A stretch of DNA of 63,437 bases, counting the filler, from Thraustochytrium aureum (Eukaryota): assembly GCA_012862495.1 (NCBI GenBank). It is 5 parts of 4 records of this genome, joined end to end, with 100 filler letters (N's around TTAATTAATTAA, not from the genome) between each part and the next. Parts side by side here need not be neighbours in the genome. Positions count along the whole stretch, not along the records: positions 41,948 to 52,475 come from BLSG01000380.1; positions 52,576 to 59,297 come from BLSG01000382.1; 3 more parts are not named here. One strand, 5' to 3'. The translations under genes and the position numbers were made by a program. The notes under the pieces were generated by a model, which did no database searches, had not been told where the DNA came from, and saw only the letters and a program-made list of their open reading frames with translations. Numbering within the stretch: the stretch's first letter is position 1; the number at the start of each line of letters is the position of its first letter. This document shows, in pieces, positions 47,172 through 57,859 of this stretch.

Positions 47172-47937
47172 TCAAGTCGTGCCGTCTGCGGCAGGTCGAG
47201 AAAAAACCAATAGTTGGAGCTCTTTGTGGCTCAAGCTGCCGACGGCAAGAGGCATAAACGAAGCGGCGGGGACACGCGACCACGCGAAGCCGTTGTCCAC
47301 GGCCGCGTCCAGCACGCTGTCCTGGTTCTTTCGATCCACGAACCCACACACGAATGTGATGGCCCGGCGGCCGGCCAGCCCGCGGACGAGCTCAAAGACT
47401 TGGGCGGGCTCGCCAAACGAAGGGTGAAACACGTCAGCCCCGAGCACCACGTCGATCTCCGGCACGCGCTCGAGAAACGGCCGGAGGGTCTCTTGGTCAT
47501 CGCCCCAGCGCAGAAGCGCGGAACGCAGAACGGCCCAGGGGCGCTCGAGCTCGTCTCGATGTTGCGATCGATGATTCGCACGACCAGCTCCTCGCCGTCA
47601 GATATGGTGGTGTGTGCCGCTCCGAGGAGCGACGCGACAATCCCCACGAGCCCGCAGCCGGCCCCCAGCTCCAGCACGTTGTTGCCCTTGACGAGCGCGG
47701 CGTTGCCGTCGATATAGTAGGCGAGGTACTTGGAGACGGGCCAAACAATCGTTCCTGTGAGATGGTAGTCTGTGGTGTTGGCCTTGCTGACCCAGAGCTT
47801 TGGCTGCAGCCCGTCGCGCAGCGCAAACGTCTCTAGAACCAGGTCGCTCTGCTTGGGCTCGAAAAGCGACGGGTCAAAAAATCCAAAGTCGTCTTCCTCC
47901 TCGATGTGATTCGCCCCGCCTCCGCTTCGCGCGGCAT
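47172..47937 (-). CDS. SAM-dependent protein lysine methyltransferase, Methyltransf_16 (METTL21/EEF1AKMT-like); frameshift near 47530; start approximate
   Basis: TG.IVWP...LA, VLELGAGCGLVG, SDG....V..I.RN, then LRWG and DVVLGADV in the adjacent frame. Confidence 0.85.
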
Positions 47938-48471
47938 GCTCTTCCGCACGCTTGTTCCTCGAGAGCTGCTTGCTCGGCCTTGCTGCGACCCGNNNNNNNN
48001 NNNNNNNNNNNNNNNNNNNNNNNNNNNNNNNNNNNNNNNNNNNNNNNNNNNNNNNNNNNNNNNNNNNNNNNNNNNNNNNNNNNNNNNNNNNNNNNNNNNN
48101 NNNNNNNNNNNNNNNNNNNNNNNNNNNNNNNNNNNNNNNNNNNNNNNNNNNNNNNNNNNNNNNNNNNNNNNNNNNNNNNNNNNNNNNNNNNNNNNNNNNN
48201 NNNNNNNNNNNNNNNNNNNNNNNNNNNNNNNNNNNNNNNNNNNNNNNNNNNNNNNNNNNNNNNNNNNNNNNNNNNNNNNNNNNNNNNNNNNNNNNNNNNN
48301 NNNNNNNNNNNNNNNNNNNNNNNNNNNNNNNNNNNNNNNNNNNNNNNNNNNNNNNNNNNNNNNNNNNNNNNNNNNNNNNNNNNNNNNNNNNNNNNNNNNN
48401 NNNNNNNNNNNNNNNNNNNNNNNNNNNNNNNNNNNNNNNNNNNNNNNNNNNNNNNNNNNNNNNNNNNNNNN

Positions 48472-48589
48472 TTTTCACGCCTTTCATGCGGGTCGTGTAC
48501 ACGACGGGACCGAGGGCGCACGCAAGAGCGAAGCCTGCAAGGCCCACCGCCGTGGCCACGTTTCGCGACCTTGACGCCGTTGCTCGCAT
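48472..48589 (-). CDS. Small single-TM protein, probably mitochondrial; 3' part in gap
   Basis: MRATASRSRNVATAVGLAGFALACALGPVVY: basic N-terminus followed by one TM helix. Confidence 0.4.
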
Positions 48590-51500
48590 CAGCCGTGCGC
48601 GCAGACGACCGGCTCGGTAGGGGTTGTAGCCAGCCAGCTGCCTCCGACGAGCAGCAAGCGGGGGCAGTCCTGACTCTCCGACCACCGCTCTGCACGCCCT
48701 GTCACTGCCTGTCACTGCACGGCTCGACGAGTTGCGTGTTGGGGCAGAGACGGCTGGCAGCCACCACAGCTCAGCTTCGCTTTTGCTAGAGACGTTATTG
48801 TGGCGTGCCACCCTCCTGCGACGAACATGCGAGCGCTACGTGATCAGCTCGTTGTGCACGAGCAATAGCGAAGCGCCTGTCGCTGCGCCATCGTCCGAGC
48901 ATGACGAGCCACGAGAATCGTCAATTCAACATCTTTGGCGCAGCTAAACCTGGTTTGCGGAGCGGACGGCACGTGAGCGAGCGACACGTATGCCGACACG
49001 CTGCGCAATCAAGTACCCACTGTTCCAACCGTGCCGCGTGTCGTGTCGCCTTCTTGGTGGAGACCAGCTGCCCGGCTGGGCTGGGCTCACCAAAACCTCC
49101 CCAGCTTGCTCAATCAATCAAGAAGAGCAGAGTACGAGTACGTGGCAGTGCTCTGTTCTGCTCCACTCTACTGCCCACTTCCTCGCCCGAGTTGCTGGAG
49201 TCCTCGCACGCTCGCAGTGTCGCTCCATTATTTTGGCTCGTGCCGGTCAGTCGGTCGTCCATCGACGCCGACGTGACGGGCCATCGCTTCGATGCGCTCC
49301 ACCACAACTTTTTCTTCTTTCCTTTCGTCGGATCGGGCAAGGAGGACAGGACGCGCTCGCTCCGAGTCCGAGTGCCGCCTGGATAGTGCGTAGTAGAGCC
49401 TCCTTGGCAGAGTTGATCTTCCTGCTCTTCCACCTTCTTTCTTCCCGGGTCGCTCCGCAGAGGAACGAACTGGCTCGGCGCGGCGTGCAAACGTGTCGAG
49501 GGGATGGATTTGAAAAAAACTCGCATCGCAGCAAGTCGCTGACTGTCGCAACGGGCCCCGGGAACAACAACCACCTCCGCACCGGCTCGAGGCCGACAAT
49601 CGATTGCGGTCCGCAAGTTCCGTACAACTCGGGTTCGTTCGCGGGGCCAACCCGCTGCGCCAACTAGTCGCGATCCTCCTCGACGCAGCCCTCCTGTGCG
49701 CTGAACCACGGCCCGACGTATGCACGGAGTGCCAACGACGCGCGTCGGGTCTGCTACATGGTGCCCGTCCCGGGACAAGCCAAGCGCGGAAGGGCTCTGC
49801 CCCTTATTTCATCAAGAGCGAGTGCCGTTTCCCCTTCCCTCCCTCCCTCTTCGAGCGAGAGCCAGCGGGACAGGGCAGGAGCGATGGGCGGACGTGGCTG
49901 GACGCGCTCGGCTCGGACAAGTCACTTTTCGTTGCAAATTCGCGGGAGGGTTGGTGGATTGGGAAACAAACTACAAACAGTACCTACTCTAGCGAGAGAG
50001 TTGGCAAGAAGCGCGGATCCAGCATCACACCCCCCGCCCCTTTGCCGGTGCCGGTCCAGCACTTCAATGCGGTTGAGCAAGCGCGTTCGAGTCTGTGCGT
50101 GTTATGGGTTGAAATCTTGATTGATCGAGTCTTCGATGGCCGCCGATGTTTGGATCGGCACAAGCGCCGAGATGCTGGAGCTCGCCGGCAATCTCGTTGG
50201 CCTGCAGCGCACGACCGCGAAAGCGCAATTAGTTTTCAGTACGCCACTCCGAAAGGAAGGAACACAAGCGCTATGTCGTCTCGTGTGCCGTTCAGATCTG
50301 AGATTCTGCAGAGAGGCGACAGTGCGTCGTGCGGCCAGCAGACACCAGAGTTCAGATGCTATTCTAGCTAGTGCGGAAAAAAACGCGAGGACAGAAGGTT
50401 GCGGCACTCGCCACCACGAGCCAAGCGAGCGTGCGCCAGAACAAGAGCAGCGAATANNNNNNNNNNNNNNNNNNNNNNNNNNNNNNNNNNNNNNNNNNNN
50501 NNNNNNNNNNNNNNNNNNNNNNNNNNNNNNNNNNNNNNNNNNNNNNNNNNNNNNNNNNNNNNNNNNNNNNNNNNNNNNNNNNNNNNNNNNNNNNNNNNNN
50601 NNNNNNNNNNNNNNNNNNNNNNNNNNNNNNNNNNNNNNNNNNNNNNNNNNNNNNNNNNNNNNNNNNNNNNNNNNNNNNNNNNNNNNNNNNNNNNNNNNNN
50701 NNNNNNNNNNNNNNNNNNNNNNNNNNNNNNNNNNNNNNNNNNNNNNNNNNNNNNNNNNNNNNNNNNGCATCGCTGCAAAACAAAACAAAAAAAGAGTGGT
50801 TTGCGCTGTCGACAGGGCCCTGCTGCAGCGCTGAACGTTCCGCCCCAGCTTGCATGTGAAACAACCGCGATGCGGACGGAGCTTGCTCAACTCCTCCAGG
50901 GCCGTTACATAGTCTGAGCGGGTCTTGTCCAGATCCGCCTCGAGATGCTGCAGTGCAGTGGCAGGTAGGGAGAGAAGGTACTAGCAGAGTGAATGATGGT
51001 ACAAAACTAGCCCGTCCTGTTTGTGAGGGGCCTCCGCACCCCGTCCGGCGTTCAGTTTCTGCCGGCCCCAACACAATTTCGTGTTGCGTTGTTCTACCTG
51101 AAAACTGCCCGAGACGTTTCGAACGTTCAATCAAGAGCACAAAAAAAACCGAGGAGTCTTGAAATCGCAGATGGGGTAGAGATAATATCGTTTCAGGGCC
51201 CTGAGCAACGCTCCACGCGATTCCTGGACTGGCAGAATGCCAACAAGAGCAACGCCTCCTTCCATCCACGCCACTGTGACTCCCGACTCCCGACCCAGCC
51301 CTCTCTTTGCGCCGCGGCGGCTCGCGCAAACAGCGCCTACAGTGAGCCGGTAAGCTCGGCTAGATGAAACCCGTAGCCCACGAAGCTGTCGTGCCTGGTG
51401 TGCAAGGCCGCCTCCGGCGGAGGCCCAGGCTCTCCAAGAGCATACCTTGCCCAGTAGAGGTAGTAGGTAGAGAGTAGGCGAAACACAGCAGGAGGAGAAG

Positions 51501-52519
51501 AAGAAGGAGGTAGGAAGGCCTAGAGTAAAACAAGAAAAGGAAGACAGACGACTCGAAGGAGGAGAAAAACCGATTCCCACAGCCCAGGCGCTCGACAGGC
51601 ACGCACGCCCAACCCCCGTCCAGCAACGCGGCCGCAGCTGCCCAGCCGCGCGATGGTGGCGAGCTTTGCTTGCGCGTCTCTGGTGAAGCGTACGAGCTTG
51701 ATCGCCCGAGTTCCGTTTGCGCAGAGCTGCGCATGGACAGCTGCTACTTCGCCGCACACCGCTGCCTCAAACCGCCCTTGGCAAGCAAGGCAGCACGTCA
51801 GCCAGCCAGGGCTGGCGCCCCGCCGCACGGACTGGCGCGCAGGCCGGCCGGCCAGGAAGGGGAGCGAGCGAACGGCGGAAAGGTGGTACTAAGCGCGCGC
51901 TTGCTTCCTCGCTTGGCCTCGCTCGCTCGTCCCGCCTCATTCTCGGTGCGAAAGATGGCCATTGAGTTGCAGAAATTGCCGCGTACCATCGACAAGTGGC
52001 TCTTTCTTGCGCACGTGGGCGAACGATTGGACGCCGCGACGCCTGCCGGTGTCGGGACTTGCGCGACTTGGGCTTTCGCGCGATGATCTTGCCCCGCCTC
52101 TGCGCGGTGAGAGGAAGCTGTCACGCGCGCAAGGAGCGGGCGAGCGCTGTTCCCGCGGCCCCCGCGTGGCGTAAAAGGTTGGGCTGGCCAGACAGGCTGC
52201 GGCTGGGCCCACGCCGCGCAGGTCACGTGCCGTGCGTACCAACGCCTCGGAGGAAACGAGGAAGCTCGACGCTCATGGCGTGTTGCGTGCGAGGAGGTGG
52301 GTAGAACTGTGGCGTACCTACCCTTCACTGCCCTCCCCTGGAAGGAGGGGCCAGGGGAGGGCGGGCTGTTCTGCCTCGCAAAGTTCCCACCAGCGACGCG
52401 GGCGCTGCGCTGCGAAAGTCTTGGCGCAAACGCCTTCAACGCCCGTCCAAAGGAACACGGCTTGGGCAGTGCCTCNNNNNNNNNNNNNNNNNNNNNNNNN
52501 NNNNNNNNNNNNNNNNNNN

Positions 52520-52531
52520 TTAATTAATTAA
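52520..52531. other. Artificial scaffold linker TTAATTAATTAA
   Basis: Same N-flanked construct as at 16867. Confidence 0.95.
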
Positions 52532-52576
52532 NNNNNNNNNNNNNNNNNNNNNNNNNNNNNNNNNNNNNNNNNNNNG

Positions 52577-54519
52577 TTCGCCCCGGGCGCCGTCGAGCAC
52601 CTTGTCCAAACACTCAAGCATGACCGGGCTCGGGTCATGCAGAGTTTGGCGGATGTAGATATGCGCAAGGCTGAGTGCTACAACGCGCAAGACCTGGTAG
52701 ATGATCTTCAAAGCCGTGACCGACTCGGTCGGCTTTGACGGCCTCAACAGCAAGATCGTCGCACTGCTGCGAGAGTGGCTCCTGGCGACTGCCAAGCGCG
52801 CAGTCGTCAAGGCGCGCGAAAGCAAAGACCAAAGGGCCTTGGCAGTTGTGCTTGACTGCGTGGGGGCGGTGCTAGCAGAGTACGACGACGCTGATCTCGC
52901 GTTGCAGTTTTATCAAGAGGGGTTGGACATCAGGAAAACGCTCGGCGGCGAGGACGACGCGGAAGTGGCCGAAAGTCTCAACCATATCGGCGCGGTGCAC
53001 AAATCGCAGGGCAAATACGGAGAGGCGCTACGGTACTACGAGCAGGCGCTGGCCATCCGCACAAAGACCCTCGCGAAAACAATCCTGCATGCGGCAACTC
53101 GTCCCAACCATTTCGGCACGACTTTCGATGTCAGGGGCAAGTACGACGGTGCGGTGCAAGAGTACGAGCAAGTGCTGGCTGTTCTAAGGCGAACGCTCGG
53201 AGGAAACCACCCAGACGAGGCCACGAGTCTCGACAAGATCGTCTCGGTGCTGGATTCGAACGGCGAGAATGACGACGCGCTACGGCTCTACGAACAGGCG
53301 CTGATCATGGACAGAAAAATCTACGGGGAGAACCACGTGGATGTTGCAAGCAGTCACTTGAGCATTGGCGCGCTTTACGAGGCGCAGGGCAAGTGCGATG
53401 AGGCACTGCGGCACTACGAGCAGGCTCTGGCCATCCGCAAAACGACGCTCGGGGAGGACCACGTGGACGTTGCGAGCTGCCTCTTCAGGATCGGCAATGT
53501 GTACGAGGCAAAGGGCGAGGCTGACAAGGCGCTGCGGCTCTTCGAGCTAATGCTGGCCACATGCAAAGCAGGATGCGCGGAGNNNNNNNNNNNNNNNNNN
53601 NNNNNNNNNNNNNNNNNNNNNNNNNNNNNNNNNNNNNNNNNNNNNNNNNNNNNNNNNNNNNNNNNNNNNNNNNNNNNNNNNNNNNNNNNNNNNNNNNNNN
53701 NNNNNNNNNNNNNNNNNNNNNNNNNNNNNNNNNNNNNNNNNNNNNNNNNNNNNNNNNNNNNNNNNNNNNNNNNNNNNNNNNNNNNNNNNNNNNNNNNNNN
53801 NNNNNNNNNNNNNNNNNNNNNNNNNNNNNNNNNNNNNNNNNNNNNNNNNNNNNNNNNNNNNNNNNNNNNNNNNNNNNNNNNNNNNNNNNNNNNNNNNNNN
53901 NNNNNNNNNNNNNNNNNNNNNNNNNNNNNNNNNNNNNNNNNNNNNNNNNNNNNNNNNNNNNNNNNNNNNNNNNNNNNNNNNNNNNNNNNNNNNNNNNNNN
54001 NNNNNNNNNNNNNNNNNNNNNNNNNNNNNNNNNNNNNNNNNNNNNNNNNNNNNNNNNNNNNNNNNNNNNNNNNNNNNNNNNNNNNNNNNNNNNNNNNNNN
54101 NNNNNNNNNNNNNNNNNNNNNNNNNNNNNNNNNNNNNNNNNNNNNNNNNNNNNNNNNNNNNNNNNNNNNNNNNNNNNNNNNNNNNNNNNNNNNNNNNNNN
54201 NNNNNNNNNNNNNNNNNNNNNNNNNNNNNNNNNNNNNNNNNNNAGCATCGGCAATGTATACAAGGCGCAGGGCAAGAACGAGGAGGCACTGCAACACTTT
54301 GAGCAGACGTTGGCCATCCGCAAAACGACGCTCGGGGAGAGCCACCCGAAAGTGGCCGCAAGTCGTGACAAAATCGAGTCGGTCTACCGAGCACAAGGTA
54401 AAACGGACGAGGCGCGCCAGCCAGTGGCCGCCGCCAACGTCGAGCTCGGCGAACCCACGTGCGCCTGGCTTGCAGACCTTTGCTGCAGCTCTTGGCTAAA
54501 CAAGTACTCGAGTAAGTAG
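52577..54519 (+). CDS. TPR protein with 42-aa kinesin-light-chain-type repeats; 5'-truncated; frameshift near 52698; internal gap
   Basis: Repeats of A.S...IG.VY.AQGK.DEAL..YEQALAIRK.TLGE.H..V occur on both sides of the gap; TAG at 54517-54519. Confidence 0.9.
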
Positions 54520-54523
54520 AACA

Positions 54524-57500
54524 TTACGCTTCGTCTGTGTTGTCTGATTCTGGTCTGCCGGGGGGCTCGCGAGACTTTTTGGCGGGGCTCGCTGCACCGA
54601 AGGGTAAGCAGCACCTGGCTTGGGGGATCATCCGGAGCTTGCAGCACAGGATCGCCTTGATCTTGGTTCGCTTATTGCGGAGGGCGCGGAGGTCAAATCT
54701 TGCCGGCGCCGCTGGAGCAGCGTAGTTGGCGAGGTTGAAGGCGAGCTGCTCCTTGCGAGATAGGTCGCCACGCAGGTACAGGAGGCGCCTGATTGCCTCT
54801 TTGGCGAACGGGCAAAACTCGGCTGCCAGGCTGTCAAACTCGGTTTGCGGCGATTCGCTTTCGAGCACGCCCGCTATGGTGTGCAAGACAGCTAGCCTGC
54901 CGCCGAACGCTTCGGGCGAGTGGATGCTGCCACAGGGCAAGGGGTACTGCGACATCCCAAAGCAATTCTCAAAGGCACGAGCATCCCGGCGCAGGCGCTG
55001 GACCGCGTCCGCTTTTGGTCGCAGCGGCTTGGCTCTGGCCAACAAGCGCAGCACGTACGTTTGGACCAGCTCCTTGAACGCGAGCGAGAGGGTGAGCCCG
55101 AAAACTCGACTGCCCAGCCGGACGCGCAGACCGTGCTCTTGGTCGTGAAAGCAATCGTTGAATAAGCTTGCGATGCTTGACGCCGGCTGCGCACTGCCGG
55201 AGACCCACTCTTCCGAGAAAAGGGCGTCAACAGAGGTTTGAAAGTCGGCTCGCCGAAAGAAATCGTCAACGACGCGCCTCGTCCCAACACTGACGGCTTG
55301 CACAGAAAAGCCCTGGGCAATCTCAGCGAGCGGGCCTTCGAGGTCGGCGACTAAAGCAGGGCCCGCGGTGGCATACTCGGAGGGCAGCACATCGTAGCAA
55401 TTGTCGTACATGCGCTCACAATCGTTCAAGAAGGCGCAGCACCATTCGAACGAGGAGGCCTTGGCGCGGGCCCGCGCGGTCTGAACTCGCTGGTACTTGC
55501 GGAGGGCCACAAGTACGACGCGCTTGACGAACGCAGCCATCCGGCGGCCCGCGACGCCGCACGTCGAGACCACACGAAGCTCTTCGACTAGGACGCTGAA
55601 GAGCAGTTCCGGGCTGTGGGTCCGCAAGGACCTGTCCCCAGATTGCTCGGGAGAGTCGTTGCTGGGTTCGTTGGTGATTGTCTTGATGTATTCCTTGACT
55701 CGCCGTAGGGCATGGGCGATGTAGGCGTCCAAGAGCTTGTCACATTCACGGTGGAACCGAGCCGTACGCGCGGCGGTCGCGCCTTCGCCGTCAAGGGAGG
55801 TAGCCGAACGCGGCCATCGGGACGCGATGGCGCATCTCTTGGCGGATGAAGCTGGTCCGTTTTCCGTGGCAGTGCCGCTCGTCTCGATCTCCTGCAAGTA
55901 AGTGCAGAGCCACCCGGCCAGGTGCAGTTTGTTAGCTGGGGAATGCTTCACCGTGCCCCGCCACACCGGCGACAGCAGCTTGAGGAGCCGGCCGTCTACG
56001 GCCCTGCGGTACTCGGCCATGATGTTGAATGGCTCTGGCTCTGGCTCTGGGAAGCACTGAGCGATGTCGCTGTGAGCTGCATCGAGATCGCAAATCAGTT
56101 TGTTGCCACCGTCGAGAAACTGCGAAATGTTTTCCTGCGAGAGGATCTCTGGAAGGCCCGGCAAAGCGGCCCTGGCCTCCACAACGCCTTTCAGCACTTG
56201 CATGGCTTCACGGTGGTGGCGGTTGCCCTGTGGCGGCAGAACGCCGAGCCCATTGCGGAGGTCGCGAGCGTCGAGAAACTTGATAACCTCGAAAGCCGTT
56301 GGCACAGCCGCCTGTTCGAACGCAGCCAAGTAGAAAAAATCCTCCAGCCGCTGCTTCACCGTCGTCCAAATGTCATCGCCAAGGCTCTCTACGAGCGCAG
56401 ATGCCTCGCTCGGCTCGTCGAGGGTGCGCGACGCCGACAGCCGTTCATCCAGCTGTTGCCACTCAAGAAATACGCTCATCGTGCTTTGCAGGTCCTCGTT
56501 CAGCCGTTCCTTGAGGACTCTGACGCGCTTGGGTACCGCGGCGAGGAGCTGCGGGGAATCTTGTGCGTTGAGGATGTCCTGGAAAGCTTCGTCAGATATG
56601 GTGCGCGCGCTCAGCGCCCTCTCGCTGCGGGCGCCGGAGCACACGACAATCTGCTCGAGCGGTTTGAGCCTCCTTGTTGCAACCACCATCAAGGTACTAT
56701 CCGCTGTGCGGCTCGGCTCGAGCCGGCAGTTGGGCGGCGGCGTGTTCTCATTCGGCGAGGCGTAGCGGAGCGCCCGGCAAAGCCCATCCAGGTCCTGCAT
56801 CGCTGGCGAGCTGTGGCAGCACACCACTTCGCCCTTGTCGAGGTGATGAGTTGTGCGCAGCGAGCTGCTGGTCCCATCCGGCTCGGAAACAACCTCGAGA
56901 CCCAGAAAAGCGGCGCTGCCAACGAAAAGCCAGTGCTCGCGGCCGTAGCTTGCGAAAAGCTCCTCTCTCGGCAGGATGTCGCGCGCGGCTCGAGCGAAGA
57001 GCCGGCTGTCGCGGATTTCGAAAGTCACGTTGTGCCTGGACTCGTCGACGTGGTCGTTGATAAACCGCGCCAAGGAGCCGCCCTCCCCGCCACCGTCAAT
57101 GTACTGGCTGACGCTGACGCACTTCAAGTAGGTACGATCAACCTGCAGCATCGCTTTCTCGAGGCTCAGGACGCTGCCTGTGTACTCGGCAACAATGTCG
57201 CCGCACAGCATCGGGGCCAGTGCGAAGAGCCCGGTGCCCGCGCCGAGTACGAGTGAGGGGCGCGCCTCACTGTAGGCCGGCTCGCTGCGACCAAGCAGCG
57301 TTGCGCGACGGTTGATGCACAGCCAGTCGTTGGCCGTCAGGTTGGAGAGGCAGGCCGCCGTCAGATCGTTTGGAAACGTTTGTTGAGCAGCCGGGGCAAA
57401 GTCAAGCACGAGCTGACGCAGAGCTAACACTCGGTCATTCGCCGTCTCGTCCTCGGCAGGCTCGTATTCGATGGCGTCGCGCACAAAATCGACGAGCTGT

Positions 57501-57859
57501 TTGTACGCATTGCGCGCGGTTTCGCGGGACGCGGCAGCCCGCACGACTGCAAGCGTTGCGGCCAAATTAGGTGCTGTGGTCCTTCGAGCCAACCAGGACG
57601 TAGCGATCGGCGTCACGCTGTCGGCCAGGATCTGGAACTGAGCCATGAGCTGCTTGCTGGCAAGTTGGAGGTTGTGCACGCGCGCGATTGTGTCATAAAC
57701 AAAGCCGATTCTGTGCGTGCCCAGGACCTCGAGCGGCGCAAGCTCCTTGCTCAAGTCGAAAAGCTCGTGGAAAATGTACAAAGATGGCGCAAGGTCCTGC
57801 AGCGCGGCAAGGACGACAAGCGCGAGCTCGATGAGTCCCAAAACATTCTCGTCCGTCAC
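54524..57859 (-). CDS. SET-domain plus exocyst Sec6/EXOC3-like fusion protein (main 1111-aa open frame)
   Basis: SET at about 56930-57260 (GAGTGLFA, AEYTG, LARFINDH, AARDI...EELFASYG..HW). Sec6-like at about 54700-56560 (DL......IAQCFP, CAFLNDC, LFSEEW, Y.LRLL, L.RD, IRRLLYLRGDLSRKE). Confidence 0.75.
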   Translation of the reverse strand: MTDENVLGLIELALVVLAALQDLAPSLYIFHELFDLSKELAPLEVLGTHRIGFVYDTIARVHNLQLASKQLMAQFQILADSVTPIATSWLARRTTAPNLAATLAVVRAAASRETARNAYKQLVDFVRDAIEYEPAEDETANDRVLALRQLVLDFAPAAQQTFPNDLTAACLSNLTANDWLCINRRATLLGRSEPAYSEARPSLVLGAGTGLFALAPMLCGDIVAEYTGSVLSLEKAMLQVDRTYLKCVSVSQYIDGGGEGGSLARFINDHVDESRHNVTFEIRDSRLFARAARDILPREELFASYGREHWLFVGSAAFLGLEVVSEPDGTSSSLRTTHHLDKGEVVCCHSSPAMQDLDGLCRALRYASPNENTPPPNCRLEPSRTADSTLMVVATRRLKPLEQIVVCSGARSERALSARTISDEAFQDILNAQDSPQLLAAVPKRVRVLKERLNEDLQSTMSVFLEWQQLDERLSASRTLDEPSEASALVESLGDDIWTTVKQRLEDFFYLAAFEQAAVPTAFEVIKFLDARDLRNGLGVLPPQGNRHHREAMQVLKGVVEARAALPGLPEILSQENISQFLDGGNKLICDLDAAHSDIAQCFPEPEPEPFNIMAEYRRAVDGRLLKLLSPVWRGTVKHSPANKLHLAGWLCTYLQEIETSGTATENGPASSAKRCAIASRWPRSATSLDGEGATAARTARFHRECDKLLDAYIAHALRRVKEYIKTITNEPSNDSPEQSGDRSLRTHSPELLFSVLVEELRVVSTCGVAGRRMAAFVKRVVLVALRKYQRVQTARARAKASSFEWCCAFLNDCERMYDNCYDVLPSEYATAGPALVADLEGPLAEIAQGFSVQAVSVGTRRVVDDFFRRADFQTSVDALFSEEWVSGSAQPASSIASLFNDCFHDQEHGLRVRLGSRVFGLTLSLAFKELVQTYVLRLLARAKPLRPKADAVQRLRRDARAFENCFGMSQYPLPCGSIHSPEAFGGRLAVLHTIAGVLESESPQTEFDSLAAEFCPFAKEAIRRLLYLRGDLSRKEQLAFNLANYAAPAAPARFDLRALRNKRTKIKAILCCKLRMIPQARCCLPFGAASPAKKSREPPGRPESDNTDEA

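Noticed and set aside
48800..52475. Genes in this interval (e.g. 50121.., 51956..)
   Set aside because: Fragmented ORFs with no recognisable motif; they may be frameshifted genes but cannot be supported.
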